In this document: positions 20,519-33,148 of the stretch, piece after piece
Layout: each line of letters begins with the position of its first letter
How positions within the stretch are numbered: position 1 is the first letter of the stretch
Source of the DNA: Octopus bimaculoides
Lineage: Eukaryota
Reading direction: 5' to 3'
NCBI RefSeq assembly: GCF_001194135.2
Contig: NC_068991.1
Location: 34,536,392-34,576,911 of the forward strand
DNA: 40,520 nt
Translations under genes and position numbers: made by a program
Notes under the pieces: model-generated
The model's input: only the letters and a program-made list of their open reading frames with translations
Told to the model about the DNA's origin: nothing
Databases searched by the model: none

Positions 20519-21057
20519 CAGTGTACATTTAAACACATAAGAGGTATCCATCATAGGATTCCATAATAAGACACCTAATACACTAGAAGGAGTAGTCAAA
20601 ATCCAAACCACTATTAGGGATAATTTTGAAATGGAATGAAAAATAAAAACATTTACCATCTTTCTCCTGGACCATGGTTTCGAACTCTAATTAGCAAATA
20701 AATTAATTTGCTAGGTGAAGTTCTCATCAGCGGGAACGCCAAAAGATTAACATATAAATATGACGCAATACAGTACTTGCCTCGTGCTTACATATCATAA
20801 TTTTTCAAAGTGCAGTTTTGTCGGTAGCAAATAAAATAATGCCGACTTGCTTCAAAAAATTTCATGAGAACTTCGCCAGCAAATTAATTTATTTGCTAAT
20901 TAGAGTTTGAAACCATGGTCCAGGAGAAAGATGGTAAATATTTTTATTTTTCATTCCCTTTGAAATTACCCCTAACAGTGGTTTGTATTTTGACTACTCC
21001 TTCTAGCGTGCTAGGTGTCCTATTATGGCCATTTCTTATGTGTTTAAATGTACACTG
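20519..21057. mobile_element. Tc1/mariner-type MITE (539 bp), ~200-bp TIRs, TA target duplication
   Basis: TA|CAGTGTACATTTAAACACATAAGA ... TCTTATGTGTTTAAATGTACACTG|TA. Arms ~20519-20727 and ~20863-21057. Confidence 0.85.
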
Positions 21058-21061
21058 TATC

Positions 21062-21093
<32 letters not shown>

Positions 21094-21097
21094 TGTA

Positions 21098-21132
<35 letters not shown>

Positions 21133-21208
21133 ACATATATATATATATACGCATGTGTGTGTGTGTATGTATATATATATATCAATATATAAAGATATAT
21201 ATATGTAT

Positions 21209-21270
<62 letters not shown>

Positions 21271-21289
21271 NNNNNNNNNNTATGTGTGA

Positions 21290-21490
21290 CTGTGTTTGTA
21301 CCCCCACCATCATTTGACAACCAATGTTGCTGTGTTTATGTCCCCGTAATCTAGCGGTTCAGCAAAAGACACTGATAGAATAAGTGCTAGGGTTACAAAG
21401 AATAAATCCTGGGGTCGATTTCTTTGACTAAAGGCGGTGCTCCAGCATGGCCGCAGTTACATGGCTGAAAACAAGTAAAACAATAAAAAA
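21290..21490 (+). mobile_element. SINE 3' half (family of 35826-36230)
   Basis: Matches 36030-36230 (AAAGAATAAATCCTGGGGTCGATTT...GCATGGCC). Preceded by a microsatellite, as in the full copy. Confidence 0.75.
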
Positions 21491-22479
21491 CTATGCCATT
21501 TTAATCCCAAACAATGCCAGGTATCTCTGCTAATAGTAATAATAATAATAAGAAGAAGAAGAAGAAAAATGAAAGGAACACAGAATGAATAAAATATACA
21601 AGCTTTTTTGTTACTTCAAAATCATACAAATTTAGGTTGGTTAATAACATTGTTCAATGATAGGTATGTTATTGAAGTGTGCTGTATTTATTTTGTGTTT
21701 ATATAGAAAACACGCTCCTTAATCTAATTCCAATGGCTTAAACAGAAGATAAGTTACGGTATGATATAAATAACAAAAATGTACATCTAGTGAATAGTTA
21801 CATATTGTGGTTTTGCTGATGAAAAACTCTAGTGTTTGCACTAAATGTTTGAATGTGTAGCAACCCTGTTAACTGAGTTCATCCTTACAGATAACTCTGC
21901 ATCTTACTGACAAACTTTATGGCAAATTAGGACACAAGGTCAGTTGTAGAATTCATCTTAAAACACTAGTTATTTATCACTTGAAAGTATTAGTCAGCAC
22001 AGGAACTAAATTATCTTCAATCTATTTTTAAAAGTAGGTTGTATGTAAGTTTATGGATGGTGTGTGTGTGTTTGTTTACTAGTATATGGATCTGCAAGGA
22101 ACTGTTGCTTTAATGTTATCTTTAATGTGTTATAAGCCCAAAGAAACAGGGTTTCAGTTTTAAAAAAGTAAATTTAATGAAGCTAAGGTTGAATTTTTGT
22201 AATGACTATCACTGGATTAAATATCATTGTTGAACATTTGTGCAGTGCATGGACTAGACTGAATTCTGGGACTTTTGGCCTGTAAGACCACAGTTCAAAG
22301 AAATACTCTGTAGATTTTATCATTTGTGCAGCACATAATCAAAATGACTTCTGAGGTTAACAGTATGGAATTGATTAATTAATGTATGTGTGGGTGTTTT
22401 AGATACATATATTTATGAATTACGTCACAGTAAATTGGTGGAATTGTTATAGTATTAGATAAATTGCTTACTGGTATTT

Positions 22480-22620
22480 GCTCAGGCTTTATAGCTTCTG
22501 GGTTTAAATCATGCTGAGGTCAACTTTGTCTTTCATCCTTCCAGGATTGATAAAATAAAGTACCAGTCAAATAATGGTGTTGATGCTGTTGACTGAACAC
22601 CAAGCCCATAATTGTTGGCC
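22480..22620 (+). mobile_element. Old partial SINE (family of 9688-9903)
   Basis: GCTGAGGTCAACTTTGTCTTTCATCCTTCCAGGATTGATAAAATAAAGTACCAGTC resembles 9775-9828. Confidence 0.6.
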
Positions 22621-22679
22621 TTGTTCTTAAATTACAAACAGTTATATCATCTGTGTGTTAGCTTGTGCTTGTATACATG

Positions 22680-22895
22680 ATCATCACCATTATCATCATC
22701 ATTTAACGTATGTTTTCCAAGCTGGCATGGGTTGTTTGGCTTGGCAGGAGTTGGCAAGGCCAGAGGCTGCATCAGGTTTCATAGTCTGTTTTGGCTTGGT
22801 TTCTACAGCTGGATGCCTTTTCAGAGAGTACTGGGTACTTTTTACAAAGCACCATCACCAGTGCTTTTTATGTGGTACCATCACTCGTGCTTTTT
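22680..22895 (-). mobile_element. SINE/RTE-type tail copy
   Basis: CATCATCATTTAACGT...GCTGGCATGGGTTG...TTTCTACAGCTGGATGCC, the reverse complement of the 17000-17140 tail. Confidence 0.7.
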
Positions 22896-22919
22896 ACATG
22901 ACACCATGGTTTTAGGACA

Positions 22920-24800
22920 TCAATTCTGTTGTGGAGTACAGATCTTCTTGAGTACAGCAATGCATCATAAATCTTGGTTCTTTGTTATCTCCTTGATAAG
23001 GCTCAGCATTTTTAGATTGGCCTTCAATACTTCATCCCATGTCTTTCTAAATCTCCCTCTTCCACAACTTTATCCGCTTTGATTGCACTTTTTTATGCAA
23101 CTGTCCTCATCCATATGATTAAACCAGTGAAGTCTTCTCTCTTGCACACTGCATCTAATTTCTCTCATGCCAAACTTTTCTCCCAGTACACTAGTACTTT
23201 GAGTATGCATGACACTGACATTACACAACCAGCAGATCATACCAGCTTCATTCGTCTCTAATCTTCACATGTCCTCTACATTCAAGGCCCATGTCTCACT
23301 ACCAAACAGCTTTGTAGTTTGTACACATGCATCATACAATCTTCCTGTCACTTGGAAACACCTTTGATTGCCAACAGAGATAAAAGCTCTCTGAACTTTC
23401 TCCGTCCTATTTTTATTCTAGCTATTACACTTTCGGTACATCTTCCTCCATTGCTAATTAGGTCACCTAGGTAGCAGAAGTTATCTACTACTTCCAGGAC
23501 ATTTGAGGAAATCAGTTTCTTGTGTATTTGTTGTCTTCATGGCTTATGTACATCTTGTACATACAAACACTATTTTCTCTGTTAATCTTCAAACTATTTC
23601 ACTGCACCTCGTGTGTCCATAGCTTGCATTGGGTACACCAAATGGAATTTCTGACTACATAGAGAACAGGGCCATTTACCTGAAGCGGGTAGGGTCCTGT
23701 CTGATTTCTTGCTAAGTTGGACATTGGTCTTTGCTAAGTTAACTTTAAAACCCTTTGATTCCAGGTTTTGTTTTCATACCTGAAATTTCTTTTCTAATTG
23801 TGTTACAGAATCTGCTATTAGGGCAAGATCATCCACATACAGTAGTTTCATGGACTTCTAGTCTTAAATTTCTCTGTTATGGCCTGGAGGATGATGATGA
23901 ATGGGCAAGGGCTGAGGACTGAGCCTTGATGAACACCTACCTGTTCACTAAATTCATCACTATCTCTTATCTGCACCCCTGTACATGGCATGTATTGCTT
24001 TCACAAGCTATCCATCTACTTCTAGCTTCCTTAGAGACTACCATATCACAGAGCAAGGTACTCTATCGAAGGCTTTCTCCAGTTCAGCAAATGCTAAGTA
24101 CAATGGCTTCTTCTTAGCTAAATATTTCTCTTGCAGTTGCCTGACTATGAAAATAGCATCCGTCCAAAATAAATTTCATCTAATCTAATTCAGTTCCTAA
24201 TTAATTGAGCTATAACTCTCTCTGTAACTTTTAGCACCTGTCCAGCAATTTGATGCCTCTATAATTACTTCTATCTCCCTTACTCTTGTAGCAGCTGACT
24301 ATGATGCTGCTACGCTAGTCATTGGGGATAATGCCTTCCTGAATAATATGATTGTCTATATGGGTAACTAGACCATATCCAACTCTACCAGATATCTTAA
24401 GCATCTCAGCAGTGACTCCTGATAGACCAAGGTTTTTCCCTGTCTTCATATCTTTATTTGCCTCATTTATCATGCAGCTATCAATTGGGATAGTTGGTCC
24501 CTCTGTAGGATTCACATGGGAGAAACTCCCTTCTCCCATTCATTCTTCACATTTTATAGCCTCTTTCTTTTCAGGATCACTAAGTGCAAACAACTCATTA
24601 TCTGCCTGTACACACTTCTCTCCCACAACATCTTGATTCTCTCTAACACACTGTCAATACAGAACACCTCAAGTCTCTGATCTTCACACTGCAAGATATT
24701 GGCTAACCTCTTCTTTTCTGCTTCTGGGCAAACTTCTCCCTTTTTGCTTCTAGGCTAACTTCTTCCTTTTTTTCTTCTAGGCAATATATATATTCTCGGA
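22920..24800 (-). mobile_element. RTE-clade LINE RT and C-terminal region, decayed
   Basis: Minus translation: MKTGKNLGLSGVTAEMLK, IIQEGIIPND, SNYRGIKLLD, GVHQGSVLSP, LLYVDDLALIADS, RRLHWFNH, GRGRFRKTWDEV. Confidence 0.85.
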
Positions 24801-25280
24801 GTGGGACTGAACTTGGAACCATGTGGTTGGGAAGCAAGCTTCTTATCACACATACACATGGTATAATGCTCCCTTTAGTAGTCATGTATCTATTAAAATA
24901 CCTTCTTCATTCTTTTAAGCATTAGAGAAATATTTTCCACCTAATAATAAACAGCATAAAATATTCAACAAACTCACTATAAAATTCTCCTAATTAAATA
25001 ATATCAATAATCATTATACCAATAATAAAAACAATAATAGAAATAATACAAATACTACTTCTATTTCAAATACTACCGCTACTGCTACTACTTTTATTAC
25101 TATTACTACTGATAATAAAACTAGTAATAGTGATAATAATAATTATAGTAATAATACTAATACCAATCAGAGAACACCAGGAACATTTAACATGTGAGAG
25201 CAATAAAACACTACTCCAAAATCCATCCAAAAACAGTGGGAATAAAGACAACAAATGGAGCCTAAAATAACTGACAGTAT

Positions 25281-25500
25281 TAGACTATATCCGAGTAAGT
25301 AATACCCATTAAAATTTATTTCTATTTTCCGAATGAAACGATGTATTTTAACTGTGTGTCACCACTGTTACTCGCACAACACATGTAAACACGCTTGCCA
25401 CACTGACATAGCGCTGGACTACACCCAAGTAAGTAATACTCATTAAAAGTGTTGGACTATACCTGAGTAAGTACATATTGGACTATATCCGATTAAGTAC
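25281..25500 (+). repeat. Four imperfect copies of GGACTATAYCCGAGTAAGTA
   Basis: Copies near 25281, 25415, 25453 and 25479. The first two extend with ATACYCATTAAAA. Confidence 0.7.
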
Positions 25501-25809
25501 ACATCCCAAACACGTAAGTACATAAACTAATTAATTATGTATACACCCCAGTTTTACATGGACACATTTTAATATTTTAAGTAATGTATAAACAAGCACA
25601 CACACACACACATAAGTGAATTGAATAAAAACAAATGACAAAGACTAGTCATTATTGATCACAAAAGCATCAAACAGATATATATATATATATATATATA
25701 NNNNNNNNNNNNNNNNNNNNNNNNNNNNNNNNNNNNNNNNNNNNNNNNNNNNNNNNNNNNNNNNNNNNNNNNNNNNNNNNNNNNNNNNNNNNNNNNNNNN
25801 NNACAGGGC

Positions 25810-26775
25810 ATTTGGAGCTTTCAATCTTCAGTCGAGAAGCAGATCATCTTTGCAGTTTTGGCTGGTTAATCTTGAGACTGTTCTAATCTGGCCAGCCCCA
25901 AGGAAATCTAAGCTAAGAGCACAAGATTCTTTGGAGGAAAGCAAGCGAATGTATACAAAAACAAGGATGAAAAGAAGAAAACAGATAAATGGTACACAAT
26001 TACAAATACAAGCAACAGGACATTAACAACAGGTGTCTTTTGCCTGAGGACAAATTAAACTAAGCAGGTATGTATTGAAGTGAAGCTTTACAGCAGGAAC
26101 ATAAAAGATGAAAGTCATGGGAAGAAATACAAGAGATACTGCATGGCTGGTAGTCAAACTAAAAAAGAAAGGTCAGGCGTGGCCGAACATCAGTCACATG
26201 GAAGAAGAGGAGAGAGGTAGTGGTTAGAGGGATTGAAGAATTAGAGAGGGATGAGAAAGAGGGAAAGAAAGGAAAGGTAAAGACTTGGGTAAAGGAAGAG
26301 GGAAAGTGATGACAATAAAGGGAATATCAAAAAATGTGAGAGGGGTAAGAAAAAGAAAAGTAGAAGGAACAAAGAAAGTGGGAAAAGGGCTAAAGGAAAG
26401 AGTAAGAGTCATACAGAATTTATATATATATACAGGAGACTAAAAATGTACATATGCTGCTATATGTATACATAAACAATTTTTAAAATGTAACAAAAAC
26501 GTAATACGTGACAACAAAACATTCAGACAGGTGATACAAAAAAGGACAGGAAAAACAAGGACAGAATATTTGGAGCTTTCAGTCAAGAAGCAGATCGTCT
26601 TTGCAGTTTTGGCCGGTTAATCTTGAGACTACTCTAATCTGGCTGGCCCCAAGGAAATCTAAGTTAAGAGCACTAGATTCTTTGGAAGAAAGCAAGTGAA
26701 TGTATACAAAAACAAAGACGAAAAGAAAAAATGGAGAAATGGTACACAATTACAAATACAAACAGGACGTTAACA
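25810..26775. repeat. ~210-bp direct repeat pair (25810-26028 and 26568-26775), family unassigned
   Basis: ATTTGGAGCTTTCA...GTTAATCTTGAGACT...CCCCAAGGAAATCTAAG...TGGTACACAATTACAAATACAA present twice at roughly 85% identity. Confidence 0.8.
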
Positions 26776-27429
26776 TACCCCACCCCACGGCGTTAAACAA
26801 TATATACCCCCATCGAAAAAATGGGGGTGGATATTAGTTTTTTGTTTGTTTCTTTGTCTTGTTTGACTACATTTGTGTGTTTATAATTATAGAAGCAGTG
26901 CTCTATCAGATTGTCTACGCCAATAGATAAGGCCCAGAGCCAAGTACTAACATGAAAGTGTTAATGACAATTAGCCAAAACTCATGTCAGATTAGAGAAA
27001 ATATTAACAATGACAAATATTAAGAAAATGAAAATCATAATATCAGTGATGATAATAATAATAATGAAAGGAAGTGGTTGGAATCTTCCCATGTCCTGAT
27101 CGATGATACATCTAGTGCTTGTGTCACAATAAAAACACTGGTAATTGCACATCCTAATCGCTACCTCATATGAGTGACAATGGAGCAACAAAATATTGTG
27201 AATAACAGTGGTAATGAAACTGAAGCCCTTCATGGTGACAGTGTTGTACCTGGCAGGCTCAGAGATACTGGTCCAGCTCAAGCCTGTTGTTATCCAGCAA
27301 TGGACCAGCACACACAGCGTAGATGGAACAAACAAGTCAACACTGTGACCATGGAGTGTTACTACCTGAGCAACCCTGTTTGTCAACATCGGCATTATTC
27401 GCTCTCTTTGGGTATTTGCCACTGAGAAG

Positions 27430-30170
27430 TTTTTCTTGCCATTTATCAGTCAGAATATCTAAGGCAGCAGTTTTAGCATGGGTTTTCATGCGCTTGTTTC
27501 TTGTATGTCTAATTCTGGAATTTGTTGTATTTGGAATTCACTCATATATTCCTTTGCCTGTTTTGTTACTGAGTATGATGCTTTCTTGTTTTCATGTTTT
27601 GAGACAAGTTTTAACATCCAGTCCTCAGAGTTTTTCAGGTAGGTGTCCAGGCTGACTGTGGCAATCTTCATTGTTAATACTAGTTGTAAAAGTCCACGGC
27701 CTCCCTTTTCTTGGCAGATGAAGTCGATCTATATCTGCCTTAAGGTAGTGCATTCTATGCATTGTTAACAGTTTTCATATTTTTCTGTCAAGATTACATG
27801 TTTCAGTAATTGACCAGTTAATGATATTGAAACTGTAAGTCATGACTGGTATGGCTAAAGCATTGATTGCTTCGATCCTGTTTCTTGCATTCAGCTCTGT
27901 CTTGAGTATTGCTCTCACCCTGCAATAACATTCTCTCCTGATCCTTTCCCTCATCACTGAATGTTTGATTCCATCCTTTTCAATTACCCCTAGGTATTTG
28001 TAGCTCTCCACTGGGTCTAACTCTTTTCTGACATTCTGCTGGTCAAGGTTAACATTAGATGTTTCTGTCATTTTTCATTTGCACATTTATCGAGGCCAAA
28101 TTACATCCTGATGTTATCACTGTATTGATTAACAATCGCTAATAAGCCCTGTAGTTGTTGTTGGTTTTTGGCAGATAGCTTTAAATCATCCATGTAAATG
28201 AGATGATTTATATTTTTATCAAACATTTTATAACCATACTGTGCATCATTGAGCAATTTTGAGAGAGGTATTAAGGCTAGACAAAAGAGGAGCGGTGATA
28301 GTGAGTCACGCTGGAAAATGCAACATGAAATTCTTACATCACCAGCGTTTAGAGATTCATTGTCACTGTTTAAAGTCAGTGAGGTTCTCCATGATCTCAT
28401 ACTTACAGACAAGACGTTTCACAGAGTAAGTGCTATTTTATACATTTCCAGACATTTCTTAATCCAGCTATGTGGTAGAATATTAAAAGCTTTTTTATAT
28501 TCTATCCAGGCTATCGACAAATTTTTGTGTCGTTTATGACAATCTTCCAAGATCATCTTATTGATGAGTAGCTGATCTTTACAACCATAAGATTCACGTT
28601 TACATCCTTTTTTGCTCATTAGGGAATATGCTACTTTCTATTAAGAAACTATAGGTATATTCAGTCAGGGCAGATGTTAGCGTTTTATACATTGTTGTTA
28701 AGCAGGTTATGGGTCGATAATTTTTTGGTTCATTTGTTTCTTCAGTTTTTGGAAGTAGGAATGTTAAACCATTAACTAGCCAAGAGGGAATCATACTAGG
28801 ATGTTGCAAAACATCGTTGTAAAGTTTTGTTAGTAGTTCATGGCTCTCTGGGAAGGCATTCAACCAAAAGTCAGGAATTTTATCCTTTCCTGGAGACTTC
28901 CATTTGCTTGACCTCCTGAGAGCAGATCTTATATCTTCTACCTTGACTTTTGCTCCTCTAAGGAGTCTAAGTCAGTAGATATTGTATCAATTCAAGGGGC
29001 CTTTTCACTGTGTGTTTTTTCTTCTGCCCAAATTTTATTCCAACATTTCTGCACTTCTTCTTTTGATGCGACAGATATTACAGTAACTGGTATTTTCCCT
29101 ATCTTCCTATAAAAATTTTGGGGGTTATTTTTGAACATTGTTGTCCTTGAAGAATCTAACACACTTTTCATACCTTGCTATGCGGGCAGCTTTAGCACAT
29201 ACCTTTTGCTTGATGGTTTCTATGGTGGTATCAATATCAAGTATGGTTGTCATATTATATTTTTTCTTTAACTTTTGGGTTTTTGTAGGTTTGATAGCCT
29301 TGTCAGACTTAAGGTTTTCAAACATTCTATGTCAGACCTAAGTAGCTTAATTTGGTGTTGAAGGCTTTTTGTGGGAATGTTGTCATTTTCTAATCGAGAT
29401 TTTTGCAGATGCATTGTACAGGTGGCTGAGATCTGTAATATCAACACCATTAGCTGAAATTATATCCTTAAATGCAAGGCAGATTTTACCAATTATTTTC
29501 AGGTTTTGGTTAGAATTGCGAATTTTTGGGAGAGTATCATGTTCTTTAATTTTCACCCATTCAATCATGATTTGAATTTTTAGATCATGTAGTTCTGTTG
29601 GGTCAATTTGTGTGTGACTTTCTTCATCTATTTGATTTTCATCTGCCTTAGTGTTTATGGTTGGTTCAGAGAGTATTTCACTTTGCTTATCAGTTATATT
29701 AACTCTTTCAATCATTACTGCATTTTCATCAGACCTGGGCTGGTCTATAATTATTTCCTCTGTAGTATCTTCTTTAGCTGCAGCTTCATTCTTTTTATCC
29801 CTTATTGCTTGTTTAATTTAGTCAATCTCTACTTCAGTTAGTAATTTTTTTTCATAATGTTTCTTCTGATGTTGGCAAGTTTGTTACTGTCTATGTAGTG
29901 TCTTACTTCAAGGTGTTTCTGTCTCCAGTTTAAGTAGGTTTGTACAGTATTATATTTATTTGTGAGAAAATATATAGCATGGGAGAAGGCTGTAAGAACT
30001 TCTTTATTATCTTCCCTAGACCATTTTTCATTCTTTTTCTTTTGGTTGTTTGATGACGAGCATGGATGGCCATCCGTTGGAATATTCCGGTTGTGGGGTA
30101 CTTCCAGCTCTTGTGTTTCAGGGAGATTTGAACCAATAGCTGATTTTTTGTCTCAAATCTGGCTCCTCAT
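27430..30170 (-). pseudogene. R4/Dong-clade non-LTR retrotransposon ORF (RT), decayed
   Basis: KWSREDNKEVL...NKLANIRRNIMKKK; EPKNYRPITCLTTMYKTLT; [19 protein letters not shown]; [17 protein letters not shown]; IFQRDSLSPLLFCLALIPLS; HLIYMDDLKL; YKYLGV; KTELNARNRIEAINALAIPVMTYSFNIINW. Confidence 0.88.
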
Positions 30171-30174
30171 TCGA

Positions 30175-30588
30175 GTACGTGGCCTTTTGTTATCCGGGTG
30201 ATGATCATTCTGGTTTGTATTTTGCTTTGTTAACAGTGAGGTATGTCGAGCTTTAACGTTGGCATTAGGGCACAGATCTGTCTGTTTAGGGTTAATTTTT
30301 TGAGACAATACCGTCTCTGAGTTCTCTGCATGTAAACATTGCTCATAATGTAGCTTCTTAAGGCTAACAGATCTATATCAAGTACGTGGCCCTTTGTGAT
30401 CCGGTCGACGACCAATCTGGTTTGTAATTTGCTTTGTTATCATTGAGGCATGATGAGCTTCAACGTTGACATTAGGGGACGGATTTGTCTGTTTAGGGTC
30501 AATTTTTTGAGACAAACCATCACCGAGTTCTCTGCATGTAAACATTGCTCGTAACGTAGCTTCTTGAGGCTAACAGATCTGTATTCGT
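30175..30588. repeat. Two-copy ~207-bp tandem repeat upstream of the R4-like ORF
   Basis: GTACGTGGCC at 30175 and 30382; TGAGAC at 30301 and 30508; GGCTAACAGATCT at 30362 and 30568. Confidence 0.85.
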
Positions 30589-31169
30589 TTGTGTTTTTTT
30601 TGTTGATAGATTTATCTCTGAGCATAGATTTTTGTGGTGTTTTTAAACTTATGAATGGTTCACTCTGACTGTGTTAGTTCGAAAAATAAAAAATAAAAAA
30701 TTTTTTTAAAAGTTGTTTTTGTTTCGTTTGTGACACATGTTTACATATGCGTAAATATGTGTCCCATAAATTTCACTTAGTTATGTAAACATTGAGATGT
30801 ATGTGTAGTCCTATGGGTATCAAAATGTATATATGATTGTGTAGACATTCGAGTGTATGTGTAATTACTCAATTTATCTACTTACTGTTTTGCTCCACTT
30901 CTATTTTATAATTTGCAAACTTTCCGGTGTTGATTTCGCACATGTTTCACTGAGACATCGTGCATAGGAGAAACTGTGCTTTGTATGGCAGTAAATTTTT
31001 TTTTTTTTTGTTAAAAGACCACTTCCTTCAAGTCTTCCACAGGTTCCTTTATCTAATTCCATCGATGTTATTGGATTAGATTTGTTTTTGACTGGGGAGC
31101 CCGGTGTAGCAGATCCATGTTGTTATCCAGCGTGGGGCTTCTTCGTGTTATCTTCTTCTTGTTATCATT

Positions 31170-31340
31170 ATAGGTGGTGAGCTAGCAGGATCGTTAAAGC
31201 ACCAGATAAAATGCTCAGTGGTATTTCTTCCAGCTCTGAATTCCAGTTCTGCTGAGGTCAACTCTGCATTTATCTTTTGGGGTTGATAAAATATGTATCA
31301 GTTGAACATTGAGAATTGATGTTATCAACTTATCCCCTCC
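31170..31340 (+). mobile_element. Old SINE copy (family of 9688-9903), CpG-depleted
   Basis: AGGTGGTGAGCTAGCAGGATCGTTAAAGCACCAGATAAAATGCTCAGTGGTATTTC aligns to the head of the 9688 copy. Confidence 0.7.
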
Positions 31341-31764
31341 TCTAAAATTTGAAACCATTTATTTTGTTTTTGCAAATCTGAGCTCATATCTAAGATGTTC
31401 CATTTTGTTGATAATGAACAAGTAAACTTCAGAGGGAAGTGGAAAATATGACATTGTGAATTTGGCAAAGGGTCACAAAATGCCTAATGAAAGAAGAAAG
31501 AGAAGCCAACAATTGTTAATTGTAAAAATAAGATATTTTTAGTGCAATTAACTTGGTGTGTCTTCATAGAATAGTTTGAAGTAGGACTCACAATCCATAC
31601 ATTCTCTCTTGTATAACATATTGCAGACTATGCCATCACTGTTACTGTTATAAATGATATACTGTTAGTGAAATTAATTGTCTGTTCAATGTTAAAGCAG
31701 TTAAGAAAATACAAGAGGATATTTAGGGACAATTCAAGAGTACTTTCTAATTCAAACCACCATC

Positions 31765-31930
31765 ATCACTATCATTTAATGTCCATGTCCCATGCTGGCA
31801 TTGGTTGGATGGTTAGAAGACTACTGCATTGCGGTTCAATGTCTGTGTTAGCATGGTTCTTTTGGATGCCCTTCTTAACACCAAACATTTTACAGTATGC
31901 ACAGGGTGCATTCTTTTTGCTGCCAGCCCT
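31765..31930 (-). mobile_element. SINE/RTE-type tail copy
   Basis: CATCATCACTATCATTTAATGTCC...CCATGCTGGCATTGGTTGG...TGGATGCCCTTCTTAAC. Confidence 0.6.
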
Positions 31931-32953
31931 GATAAGGTCATCTTGCAAGACTATGAGCCCTGACGATTGGAGAATGAAGAGGAGAGAGAAAAAATATTCT
32001 AAATAACATTGATATAATGTTGTGTCTAGGGAGAATCATTATGCCAATATTATTAACACAAGCACTGGTTCAATTTGACTCCTTTATTGTTAGCCAACTG
32101 ATTTAAATTTCTAATTAACTAATCAATTGTTTGTTTAATTTGGTTAAACAGTAAATCATTTGTTTTGTTTTTGTTTGTCAAAGGTCTTTCGCTGCTACTT
32201 GCAACCGTTTCAATGAATTTTGACTTATTTTGTTACAAAGGTTGTGTTTGCTTGAAATCTTGCTCTGTATGTGTGTGTGCATGTATTAACAATACTGGCA
32301 TAATGACTCTCCCTAGACACAACAAAATTTGTTTCTACACATAAATTCACATAAAGAATCTTGCAAACCAGATACAAAAACAAAATTGATATCGTAAGAT
32401 CAAAATAAAATAATCATACCTTGAAGAAAGCACAGATGAAGTTAGTTTCTTTTGAAAAGAGAAAATTAAATACAAGTAAATTTCAAATGAGTATCATGAC
32501 ACAAAGAGCCGAAAAATCCTTTTTATTTAAAGGGTGAATGAAATGATGGAGAGTGCAAGGCACTTTTTTTTGCCATTCTACTTATCAGAAAAAAATATTA
32601 AAGCTATCTGTTTTATTAACTTTTCTTTCATTTTATTCAAAGAAATTAATTTGTATTTTACTTCAATTAATAAGTCTAATACCAGCAATTTTATTTTTAA
32701 TGTTTATAAAATGGGTAGAAATAAAAAGCTAAAAAAAAAACCACTGAAGAATGAAAAGAATTACACCTAGTAAGTATAGGGAAAAATCTTGATCTGGTGG
32801 CTGTTGTAACAACAGTAAAGAAAATAAAGAAGCAGGATGATGAAAAGAAGTGATGAATCTTTCAGCTGCTCCACCTATTGGTGACATTTATCTTTAGGGA
32901 TGGGAGCTTCTGTTTTATAGCAGATAAATTACAAGTTAAATGGAAAAATTGTC

Positions 32954-33148
32954 TCAATATAAAATGTCATAATGGCCAGGCCTATATAAAAGTGTAATTG
33001 TAGGTTTGGAGTTTTCAGGAAAGTCATGGTGGTTGACAGAACCACCTTCACCACGGTCCATGTATTCTACTCGAACAGGAATACCAACAGCAGATGTCAG
33101 TGCTGTTATGTGAATATGGTCACTTTCTTTTCCCATAGGTTCAACCTC
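32954..33148 (-). CDS. OTUB1: Last coding exon of an otubain ubiquitin thioesterase (OTU-family deubiquitinase)
   Basis: Acceptor TTATTATTTTCAG, then EVEPMGKESDHIHITALTSAVGIPVRVEYMDRGEGGSVNHHDFPENSKPTITLLYRPGHYDILY* (64 aa + TGA). Matches the otubain C-terminus (human EVEPMCKESDHIHI...EYMDRGEGG...LLYRPGHYDILYK), including the catalytic His loop. No upstream exons found in the window. Candidate minus-strand AATAAA signals at ~32520-32695. Confidence 0.93.
   Translation of the reverse strand, partial: EVEPMGKESDHIHITALTSAVGIPVRVEYMDRGEGGSVNHHDFPENSKPTITLLYRPGHYDILY

Noticed and set aside
17405-24800. Plus-strand RTE endonuclease and minus-strand RTE RT pieces as one inverted element
   Set aside because: No shared TSD or junction is visible and several unrelated elements lie between them; treated as separate relics.
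25281-25500. CRISPR-like array
   Set aside because: Eukaryotic context, degenerate repeats, irregular spacer lengths and no cas genes.
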